Source: a virus
Lineage: Duplodnaviria > Caudoviricetes
Strand: one strand, 5' to 3'
Length of the DNA: 64,000 nt
Virus record (IMG/VR): IMGVR_UViG_3300035208_004396
Under the pieces are notes generated by a model that saw only the letters and a program-made list of their open reading frames with translations, searched no databases and was not told the origin of the DNA. The translations under genes and the position numbers were made by a program. Positions 1-7,742 of the stretch are shown here, piece by piece (position 1 is the stretch's first letter; each line of letters begins with the position of its first letter).

Positions 1-46
1 GCGCCTAGGACGCCATTTTTTGAGGGTTCGAATCCCTTCTTGGCCA
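1..46 (+). tRNA. 3' part of a tRNA, probably Leu(TAG); truncated by the window edge
   Basis: gcg-CCTAGGA-cgc anticodon arm, T arm gaggg-TTCGAAT-ccctt, 3' acceptor strand cttggcc-a; short variable region is atypical for Leu. Confidence 0.55.
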
Positions 47-80
47 CTTTTAAGCTGGAATAGTTTGATAAATATAAAAA

Positions 81-164
81 GGAGATGTGTGCGAGTTGGT
101 TTATGCAGGTAATCCTGAAAATTACTGGTCTTATGGCCCGTAGGTTCGAATCCTACCATCTCCT
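81..164 (+). tRNA. tRNA-Ser(TGA)
   Basis: Acceptor ggagatg/catctcc, anticodon arm gtaat-CCTGAAA-attac, long variable arm, T arm gtagg-TTCGAAT-cctac; no encoded CCA. Confidence 0.9.
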
Positions 165-168
165 CTAT

Positions 169-250
169 GGAAGATTACGCTAAAGGTAAGCGGAAGCTTT
201 GCTAAAGCTTTGAGGCAAAACTCTTATAGGTTCGAGTCCTATATCTTCCT
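169..250 (+). tRNA. tRNA-Ser(GCT)
   Basis: Acceptor ggaagat/atcttcc, aagct-TTGCTAA-agctt, variable arm, atagg-TTCGAGT-cctat. Confidence 0.9.
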
Positions 251-253
251 TAC

Positions 254-325
254 TGCCTAGTCGTATAAAAGCAAGTATAATGGACTTTGAATCCATTGGA
301 CGGGGAGCGTTACCCTGCTAGGCAA
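254..325 (+). tRNA. tRNA-Gln(TTG) with atypical T loop
   Basis: Acceptor tgcctag/ctaggca, atgga-CTTTGAA-tccat, T arm cgggg-AGCGTTA-ccctg. Confidence 0.8.
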
Positions 326-343
326 GATTTTTAAAAATAATAG

Positions 344-372
344 TTGAGAAATAAGAATTTCTTTTCTATATT
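344..372 (+). promoter_or_regulatory. sigma70-type promoter for the tRNA cluster
   Basis: TTGAGA-N17-TATATT; the same motif recurs upstream of several minus-strand genes. Confidence 0.75.
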
Positions 373-415
373 ATGATCATTGGAAACGAGATTTCCAATC
401 GCTTATTGAATATTA

Positions 416-486
416 CGGAATATGGTGTAATGGTAACACAATAGCTTTGCAAGTTATTTTCCCGAGTTCGAATCTCGGTATCTACA
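416..486 (+). tRNA. tRNA-Ala(TGC)-like with a defective acceptor stem
   Basis: D arm gtgt/acac, atagc-TTTGCAA-gttat, ccgag-TTCGAAT-ctcgg; acceptor cggaata/tatctac is poorly paired. Confidence 0.6.
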
Positions 487-490
487 CTAT

Positions 491-572
491 GCTAGCGATG
501 CGGAATTGGTACCGCCCCTGACTGTAGATCAGGCGCCTTCGGGCTATGTGGGTTCGAATCCTTCCGCTAGCA
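491..572 (+). tRNA. tRNA-Tyr(GTA)
   Basis: gctagcg/cgctagc, cctga-CTGTAGA-tcagg, variable arm, T loop TTCGAAT. Confidence 0.92.
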
Positions 573-654
573 CTATGAGATTGAATTTGACGGTTCTATC
601 TCAGAAATGGTTATTATTTTCGTCAAAAAATAATGACCGTTATTATAGTAAAGT

Positions 655-728
655 GACTTCTATAGTATAATTGGTATTACGTGCCACCGTTGCGATGGAG
701 ATATGTGTTCGAACCACATTAGAAGTCC
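655..728 (+). tRNA. tRNA-like gene with degenerate anticodon arm (identity uncertain)
   Basis: Acceptor gacttcta/tagaagtc, D loop, T arm atgtg-TTCGAAC-cacat; anticodon arm ccacc-gttgc-gatgg is irregular. Confidence 0.55.
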
Positions 729-818
729 TAATTTTATTATCTTTTTGGGCATGCTTAGCTGATAACAACATGAAAATCTATCTGATCAAATAATATCTGA
801 ATAAGCATCGGCGAAAAT

Positions 819-925
819 ATGCAACGGGTAGAATAATAAGTTATTTTTTAGGAGAAGCTTATGAAATGGCAGCTACCATTTAAAGACTATTAAAGTCTGC
901 AAAGGTTCGAATTCTTTCTTGCACA
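819..925 (+). ncRNA. tRNA-like structured RNA (possibly degenerate Ser-type)
   Basis: tgcaa/ttgca closing stem, hairpins aaatgg-cagcta-ccattt and agact-attaa-agtct, T arm aaagg-TTCGAAT-tcttt. Confidence 0.4.
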
Positions 926-930
926 CTTAT

Positions 931-1030
931 ATAAAAATCCCATACTTAAATGGGCTATATTGATACAATTGGCAGTATAGATAGCGAGAGTTGGGACTTA
1001 GCTCTAAAATAAGAGGTACCAGATTTTTAT
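931..1030 (+). ncRNA. multi-stem structured RNA candidate
   Basis: Closing stem ataaaaatc/gatttttat enclosing hairpins cccat/atggg, ctatattg/cagtatag and gagttg/tagctc; abuts the 5' end of tRNA-Met. Confidence 0.5.
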
Positions 1031-1103
1031 CGCGGGTGAGTGAAACGGTTTACACATTTGGTTCATACCCAAAAAATAGTCGGTTCGACCCCGACACCCG
1101 CTA
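1031..1103 (+). tRNA. tRNA-Met(CAT), with an initiator-like 1:72 mismatch
   Basis: cgcgggt/acccgct, tttgg-TTCATAC-ccaaa, gtcgg-TTCGACC-ccgac. Confidence 0.88.
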
Positions 1104-1115
1104 TTTAAAGTTTAT

Positions 1116-1187
1116 TCCAATGTAGTTCAGAGGTAGAATAAGCGATTGTTAATCGTGAGGTCGGAGGTTCGAATCCTTCCATTGGAG
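1116..1187 (+). tRNA. tRNA-Asn(GTT)
   Basis: tccaatg/cattgga, gcga-TTGTTAA-tcgt, ggagg-TTCGAAT-ccttc, G discriminator. Confidence 0.9.
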
Positions 1188-1195
1188 TTTTTTAT

Positions 1196-1291
1196 ACATC
1201 ATCATGCTGCAACGGGTCTTATAAGCCTGTACCCAACAACAAATATGCGCGGCTGGTCTTGGGGCACCGGGTTCGATTCCTGGATGATGTA
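1196..1291 (+). tRNA. non-canonical tRNA-Ile(TAT)-like RNA: no D arm, 36-nt variable region
   Basis: acatcat/atgatgt-A, acgggt-CTTATAA-gcctgt, ccggg-TTCGATT-cctgg; only 9 nt between acceptor and anticodon stems. Confidence 0.75.
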
Positions 1292-1315
1292 CTAAGTTTA
1301 GTTATAATCCATTTT

Positions 1316-1388
1316 GACCCCTTGGCGAAATAAGGAACGCGACTGTCTGCAAAACAGTTATGATATGGTGCAATTCCATAAGAGGTCT
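1316..1388 (+). tRNA. tRNA-Cys(GCA)
   Basis: gacccct/agaggtc-T, actgt-CTGCAAA-acagt, tatgg-TGCAATT-ccata. Confidence 0.88.
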
Positions 1389-1407
1389 TTTTAATATATA
1401 ATCCATT

Positions 1408-1482
1408 ACGGTCTGTAGCTCAGTACAGTAGAGTACTGGTTTTGGGAACCAGATGTCGTGAGAGCGAAGCTCACCAGACCGA
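1408..1482 (+). tRNA. tRNA-Pro(TGG) with atypical T loop
   Basis: cggtctg/cagaccg-A, ctggt-TTTGGGA-accag, gtgag-AGCGAAG-ctcac. Confidence 0.88.
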
Positions 1483-1534
1483 TAATAAATAGAGCTTCTA
1501 CTTTTAAGTTTTGAAGAGCACTTCGAAAAACTCT

Positions 1535-1604
1535 TTAGGTTGATTAACCTTTGAACGATCACTGTTAGGAATGGTTTACCGGAGTTCGATTCTTCGACCT
1601 AGCA
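1535..1604 (+). pseudogene. degenerate tRNA-like element
   Basis: taggt/accta closing stem and a GTTCGATTC T-loop motif; no clean D or anticodon arm. Confidence 0.3.
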
Positions 1605-1840
1605 ATATTAAGAATAAAAGCGCAAAATGTGATAAAATCAAGTTTATCATTTCCGATATGTTTAATGATTTCGGCGTTTTTATTTTTTTTAACTATATTA
1701 AGTCCCTTATATAGTGTCCAAGAACAACACTATATTAAAAGTCTGCCGAAAAAGCCTAATGATTATTACTTGGTAATCTAAGGCGATCTGATACACCACG
1801 AGGCTAGATTTAGAGGTATATACGGTGAGATCAGAATTAT

Positions 1841-1915
1841 ACTCGATTAGCTCAAGTTGGTCTAGAGCAGCTGCGTCAGGCAGCAGGGTCATTGGTTCAA
1901 ATCCAATATCGAGTA
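1841..1915 (+). tRNA. tRNA with a 5-nt anticodon loop centred on TCA (identity undetermined)
   Basis: actcgat/atcgagt, D stem gctc/gagc, gctgc-GTCAG-gcagc, attgg-TTCAAAT-ccaat. Confidence 0.75.
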
Positions 1916-1920
1916 CTTTT

Positions 1921-2000
1921 GCTCTCGTAGCCACATCGGTCTTCTAAACCGCTAAGTGTAAATGGAGCTGTAAATACAGGTTCGATCCCTGTCGAGAGTA
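1921..2000 (+). tRNA. non-canonical tRNA-Arg(TCT)-like RNA: no D arm, 23-nt variable region
   Basis: gctctcg/cgagagt-A, cggt-CTTCTAA-accg, acagg-TTCGATC-cctgt; 8 nt between acceptor and anticodon stems. Confidence 0.75.
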
Positions 2001-2048
2001 CTAAAAGATATTTATATTTCTTAAATTTAACAAAAACAAAGGAATCTA

Positions 2049-2504
2049 ATGAAAAAGTTAATCGTTTTGTGTTTCATCCTTGTTATTACGGCATGCAGTA
2101 ATAATTATTCTAATGGTGAACGAGTTGGTCTTGTAACTCAATTCTCAAAAACAGGTCTGATTTGGGATAGTTGGGAAGGACAGTTGAATATGACACAGAC
2201 TGGTATGAATAGTTCGGCTGAGTTCGATTTCAGTTTGGATAACGATATGCCAGAATTGCAAGATAAGCTTATCCCGATACTCGATTCAGCAGCTCATTAT
2301 GGTTGGAAAGTATCGTTAAGTTATACTGAAGTAACTGGATATAATTGGTTGAATAATAGAGGTTGTACAAATCATTTTATTAAAAATGTAGTTGTTTTGG
2401 ATAAGAATCCTATGCATAATGTATTTAATAAGGATACTTTGAATAAAAGTGATACCATTTATGTAGGACATCGTGATACCATTTATGTAGTAATAAAGAA
2501 GTGA
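2049..2504 (+). CDS. putative lipoprotein
   Basis: Signal peptide with lipobox ITA-C; YSNGERVG...FSKTG...WEG.L conserved-looking block; SD-like aaggaa. Confidence 0.7.
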   Translation: MKKLIVLCFILVITACSNNYSNGERVGLVTQFSKTGLIWDSWEGQLNMTQTGMNSSAEFDFSLDNDMPELQDKLIPILDSAAHYGWKVSLSYTEVTGYNWLNNRGCTNHFIKNVVVLDKNPMHNVFNKDTLNKSDTIYVGHRDTIYVVIKK

Positions 2505-2510
2505 GTTTTA

Positions 2511-2581
2511 GCCCTTATAGTTCAATGGTAAAACACCAGATCTGTAATCTGGCTTTCTTGGTTCGAGTCCAGGTTTGGGCG
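2511..2581 (+). tRNA. tRNA-Thr(TGT)-like
   Basis: ccaga-TCTGTAA-tctgg, cttgg-TTCGAGT-ccagg; acceptor gccctta/tttgggc has two T-T mismatches. Confidence 0.65.
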
Positions 2582-2595
2582 TAAATAGGATAATT

Positions 2596-2718
2596 ATGAT
2601 ATATTTCGTATTTGCTTGTATAATTATTATGATTTTAGAATTAGTATATTTGATTAAATATCGTAGAGATTATGAGAACTGTTTGATCAAATTAGGTAGA
2701 AGAAATCGTAAAAAATGA
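2596..2718 (+). CDS. small membrane protein (40 aa)
   Basis: MIYFVFACIIIMILELVYLIKY..., SD agga; below the ORF-track cutoff. Confidence 0.5.
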   Translation: MIYFVFACIIIMILELVYLIKYRRDYENCLIKLGRRNRKK

Positions 2719-2743
2719 TTATATTTGACATTGGAGAATAAAT

Positions 2744-2896
2744 ATGATTGTTGCTTTAATAATTGTTTTTGCTTTGTCTTTGATTTTGAACTTCAAATTG
2801 ACCGGTGATGTTGCCGATTTGGAAGAAAATATTGTTATAAATAAAAATCAAATTGAAAAGTTAAAGAAGAAACTTCAAAAAGGAGAAAAAAGATGA
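2744..2896 (+). CDS. small membrane-anchored coiled-coil protein (50 aa)
   Basis: MIVALIIVFALSLILNFK..., SD ggag; stop overlaps the next ATG. Confidence 0.55.
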   Translation: MIVALIIVFALSLILNFKLTGDVADLEENIVINKNQIEKLKKKLQKGEKR

Positions 2897-3093
2897 TTCT
2901 TAATATCATTTTAGGCATTATTATTATTTGTACAATTCTGCTAGCCATCCAGTTTAAGCATGATGGTAATATGATTAAGGCCGACAGAGATTTTATCCAA
3001 GCGAGTTTGGATACATATCGTGTTTCTGGTGATATGGCAAAGGTGAAGTCTGTTAAAACTACTGTTAAAAAGTCTAAAAAGAAGGCAAAGTAA
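2893..3093 (+). CDS. small membrane protein with basic tail
   Basis: N-terminal TM helix, SD aggag. Confidence 0.6.
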   Translation: MILNIILGIIIICTILLAIQFKHDGNMIKADRDFIQASLDTYRVSGDMAKVKSVKTTVKKSKKKAK

Positions 3094-3263
3094 TGAATTT
3101 TCCCGAATATTTCAAGTTAGTTTCATTAGAAGCTGAAAAGATTAATCCGGATATCAAATTATCCGAAAGGGATATTCGGGAATGTTTTAATTTGAATATG
3201 TCTGTAGCTAAAGCCGCTGTTAAATGTTTATATAATATCAATTTTTCTGAATGTTTTCATTAA
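3093..3263 (+). CDS. hypothetical protein (56 aa)
   Basis: TAATG coupling; MNFPEYFKLVS... Confidence 0.45.
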   Translation: MNFPEYFKLVSLEAEKINPDIKLSERDIRECFNLNMSVAKAAVKCLYNINFSECFH

Positions 3264-3359
3264 TCTGGTTGTTATTTGAAAATTAATCATTTTTTCGCTA
3301 TAGTAATTACGTAAAAAGAATTAATAACTAACAATTTCATCTAAAATTAGAGAAAAATA

Positions 3360-3968
3360 ATGGAAATAAATCTAATAAGTGGAAGCGAAGGTTTTGATAA
3401 TATACATGGTACAGTTTTCGCTATTAAAGAAGCTGCATGTATTACTATGGGTCTTCATGCTAATCCTGAACATGTATTAATGATGACTAATGAAGATATT
3501 TTCGATTATCTAAAAGATTTATTTATAGCCGAACACTCCTTATCCAAGATACCAGTAATTCGAATTATCGATAAAATGGATAAAAATGTAAGGAATCAGA
3601 TATTTAGACACACTAAAGCTAGTCCTCATTTTTATGCTCAATCTAGTAGACCAGATTGGAATAAAGGCAAAGCTAGAGATCAGAACGAATTCACTAATAA
3701 TGTCATGGATTTTAATGTTGAAGCCTTTTTAGCTATGGCTAAACAAAGATTATGTTATAAAACCGAGAAAAATACTCGTATTTGGATGGAAAGTGTTGTA
3801 GATTATCTAAAAAAATCAGATAATCCAATATTTAATGCTATTGCATTTTGTTCTGTGCCACAATGTATTTATCGTTATGGTTGTCCAGAACTTAAAAGCT
3901 GTGGTTTCTTTGATAAGAAATACTCAACTAATAAGATCGAAACTAGATATTCTGAATATCATAATTAG
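3360..3968 (+). CDS. thyX: FAD-dependent thymidylate synthase ThyX-like
   Basis: EHS, QIFRH...QSSR and RLC motifs typical of phage ThyX variants. Confidence 0.7.
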   Translation: MEINLISGSEGFDNIHGTVFAIKEAACITMGLHANPEHVLMMTNEDIFDYLKDLFIAEHSLSKIPVIRIIDKMDKNVRNQIFRHTKASPHFYAQSSRPDWNKGKARDQNEFTNNVMDFNVEAFLAMAKQRLCYKTEKNTRIWMESVVDYLKKSDNPIFNAIAFCSVPQCIYRYGCPELKSCGFFDKKYSTNKIETRYSEYHN

Positions 3969-6235
3969 ATAAAATCAAATCTGAATCCGGCTCTATCTTG
4001 AGCTGATTCGTTGTTTGAACTCAAAGTCTGAACTATATCATATGTTAAATAAGAACCAGATATAAATTGATAATCTATTCCACTTTCACTCTCGAAATCT
4101 GCTAAAGCTGAGCCATATATACTCAAATTTTGTGTAGTATCGGTCATAGTATAAGGCAAAGAACTAGAAATATTAGTAGCTTGATCTAATATAAAACTAG
4201 AGAATTTCTCGAATTCTATTTGATGTTCCGGATTATAAGGTATAACTAACTCAGCAGAATGATAATACATTGGTTCGTTTATTCCATTATTAACATATAG
4301 ATAATCTTTATCAAAACGATGATAGAAATCTACCGGCATAGTTAAATTACCATAATCTACACGTTCATGAGCTAAATCCGGATAAACAAAACCAGACCCA
4401 CCAGATATGGCATTATCGATTATTCCATCATCCAGTCTATAAACATCTTCATTTAATAATGTGGGTACAATAGATGCTTTTAATGATAGAGTATATGTGT
4501 CATAAGATAGGTTATAATCATTTATAATTTCATCTGGTATAGTCATATTGACATCTATATTTACGCCATTAAAACCAATATCGACACCGTTATTTTCAGC
4601 TCCTATGATCAAATCTAGAGAATCCCCGTTTATTTCAACAAATAGTAGATAATTATGAGAATTATTTACTATATTATAAACATAAGGTAAACTAGTTTCT
4701 TCATCTATACCAATCTTGAATGTCGAAGATACCTGAGTTACTCCCTGTATTTGGAATAGACTGGTTATCTTGAATGAAAAACGAGTTATATCATCAAGGA
4801 AATCAGTATCTATATTATCTGCGAATTTAATCTCTATTTTATTATATAAACCAGCGAATAATACGAAATCTTCTTTTTTGCTATTATAACCCCGAGTTAT
4901 TTCTAAATCTGCTGAGTTATCAAGGAATGTATAAACTCCAGTGATTTTATAACCTGTGTTCAGGTACAATATAACATCATCAAAACGATTCGATTTAACA
5001 GTTATTTTTTTAGAATCTAAGCTGGAAACTGGATCTATTTCGAAGGAATATACTCTTTTTACTATCAAACCTTGTTCTATGTTAGCTACTATGTTTTGAT
5101 CGAGATTTGTATCTATTTCTTGATTATTTACTATAGCAGTGCCATCCAATTTCAATTCTGACTTATTTTCGGAATATATCGCTTCACTAGAATCCGTTTG
5201 TTCGACTAATATTGGTGTTTCTTGTTCTGAATAAGATCTTACGGCATAAATATTGGTAATTTTAGTAGGTTTAATCTCAGTATCATCAATATAAAATGTC
5301 TCATTATCTAAACCAATGTAATTTGCTATAATATCAAATGTCAAATTAGTAGAATTTTCGACATTACTCAAGTTTATTTCCGGATATAATTTTGAATAAA
5401 CTGTATATGTATCGGAATAATAATACTGATAATTGTCATCATAATCTACTCTGAAATTAGGAATTCCAGCGGTGTCTAGACTAGATAATTCGAACGATAA
5501 TGGATTCTGTTCGAATTTTTCTGAAATTTCACTAATATCATCTATATTAGTTACTTCGAACCGAGACGTATAATCTTTTGAGCTATGATTAACAGTCTTA
5601 TTTGCTACTTCGAAATATGATACATTACTCCAGGTTAAATGTTTTTGCTGCATAACATAGCAACAATATGAATAAGGATTCATTATTTCAGGAGCAACTA
5701 CTTGATAAGTAGCTTGATTATTACTCGAATAATGTAAAGTTAAACTAGTAAAAATGTCAGGTTTAACCGCTTCATTGGGTATACAATTCAAAATATATGT
5801 AGAATTATCAGTTTTGAATGTTAAAAGCAAATTTAATTTAACATCGTTAAATAGATTGAATTTGCTTTCTTCGGAGAATTGTAGATATACCCTAGTATCT
5901 TTTTAAAAAGAGATGGCTTTTTGTTTATGTAAAGCAACAGTATTAGCAAAATCTGCTAACTTAACGAATTTAATGTCATCCTCATCGATTCCCAAATAGA
6001 AATCGAAGGATAGTTTCCGATCTATATAACTGATGCTAGTCTGGTCTATTATTCCAAATGTATCCATACTGCTATCGGGATAAGATTGTACAGCCAAATC
6101 ACCGTCTCTATCAGTTAAATTGAAACCTACTCCTACATTTCTCACACTTTCATAATAATCAATATTATCAATAGAAACTTTATAATGATCTTCTAATTTG
6201 GTAACATTAACATTATGTTCATCTACAATACTCAT
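3965..6235 (-). CDS. large acidic putative virion protein; one reading frame interrupted by a single in-frame TAA at 5903-5905
   Basis: ORFs 5903..6235 and 3965..5830 are in frame, and the 72 nt between them are open; late motif upstream of 6235. Confidence 0.65.
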
Positions 6236-6337
6236 TATGATATATATGATCCATTATACATTTAATTTTCAAGACACTACATAAAAAAGTAGCCCTGGTA
6301 TTTCTACTGAGCTACTTATATAATCGTTAAAAACTAT

Positions 6338-7669
6338 CTAAAAGTTATCAAATTCATCAGCTATATTTTTAGCTTCTGTAGCTTTTATTTCTTCAATTGA
6401 ATTAGCTGCTATATCATATAACTGTTGTTTTGAGATATTTACTCCGATCGGTTTCAATTCAAATTTATTTGCACCTTCGCGAGTTTTAATGAGCTTTATC
6501 GTGAAAATGTTGTTTTGATTCTGTTCTTCTGATTGAGTAATCGATAAAACTTCATCTGCTTTTTCAGCCATACCGATAGAATTGCCTATATCTTTAAGCT
6601 CCAATGACATAGCATCCAGAGCATCTCGTTTAACCTGTGCAGCAGTTATAATTGGGAATCCTTCTGCCATAGCTAACGATTTCACCTGATCTGTAATCAT
6701 TGCTAATTGAGTAGACATATTAACTTTGCTATCTATTTTACCATTTGGAACCATACAACCAACATAATCTACCATTACGACTTGTGGTATGAAATGACAT
6801 TTTTCTCTTAATTCTTTTATATTACTTCGTAATGCCAATGCTGATTTTTCACCACCAGGAAACTCTTCTATTTTTAGCTTTTTAGCAATAATCTGCTTTT
6901 TTTCGTTCCATCTTTTCATGAACGCATCTTTTTTGATGAATAGATACTCATCTTCAGTCAAATCTAGCAAATTCTGCAATACTCTTTGGGCAATTTTAAT
7001 TTTACCATCTTCAAATGTATAGTATAAAACATCATAGCCATTTCGGATCAAATTAGCCGATAAAGCACACATAGTCATAGTTTTACCAACGTTAGTTGGA
7101 CAAAGTAAGAAAGTAAGAGTTTTCTTAGATAATCCCCCTTTAAGCATCTTATCTATGGTTATTAAACCGGTTTTAATATGTGCATCCTGAGCATGACTTT
7201 CGTCATAAATCTGTTCTATATCATCAATCAGATCGTAACCTAATTTTGAATCTAATGAGAATCCTTCGCTATCGCTTACATCCTGAGCATAATCCGATTC
7301 CATGTTTTCATCATTAGAATTGACATATTTCATGATATTCATAACATTCTGATACAAACGTTTCTTTTTCATGAAAATTTCGATATTGTGAATGATATAT
7401 TTTGTATTTGCTGTATCAGTATCTATCGAATTAGCTTTCCTGTATAAATCCCATTCAGTAGGATCATTTTTGAATAAACTCGATATTTCGAAATCATTTG
7501 GGAAAACTTGATATTTAGTGTAAAAACCAGACAACTTAGAAATTACATTTTTGTAAACTTCATCATCATTAAACCATTCTGGATCTATTACGGGCATTAC
7601 CTTTTCACAAATCTCTTTATTAGATATAATGGCTTTTAACATAACAAGCTCTAAATTATTCATAAACAC
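6338..7669 (-). CDS. DnaB-like replicative helicase (T4 gp41-like)
   Basis: Walker A PTNVGKT, VDY, TAAQVKR, KTR motifs. Confidence 0.92.
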   Translation of the reverse strand: MFMNNLELVMLKAIISNKEICEKVMPVIDPEWFNDDEVYKNVISKLSGFYTKYQVFPNDFEISSLFKNDPTEWDLYRKANSIDTDTANTKYIIHNIEIFMKKKRLYQNVMNIMKYVNSNDENMESDYAQDVSDSEGFSLDSKLGYDLIDDIEQIYDESHAQDAHIKTGLITIDKMLKGGLSKKTLTFLLCPTNVGKTMTMCALSANLIRNGYDVLYYTFEDGKIKIAQRVLQNLLDLTEDEYLFIKKDAFMKRWNEKKQIIAKKLKIEEFPGGEKSALALRSNIKELREKCHFIPQVVMVDYVGCMVPNGKIDSKVNMSTQLAMITDQVKSLAMAEGFPIITAAQVKRDALDAMSLELKDIGNSIGMAEKADEVLSITQSEEQNQNNIFTIKLIKTREGANKFELKPIGVNISKQQLYDIAANSIEEIKATEAKNIADEFDNF

Positions 7670-7742
7670 CTCTTAAAAGTCTTTTTTAATCTATACCATA
7701 TAACTATATCGTAAAAGTATAAAATGAGTTTAAACGATCGTT

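Noticed and set aside
748-925. tmRNA or intron-containing tRNA
   Set aside because: Too short, no Ala acceptor identity, no tag ORF or group I intron core visible
1302-1934. Minus-strand ORFs 1302-1562 and 1707-1934
   Set aside because: Antisense to tRNA genes; no coding signals
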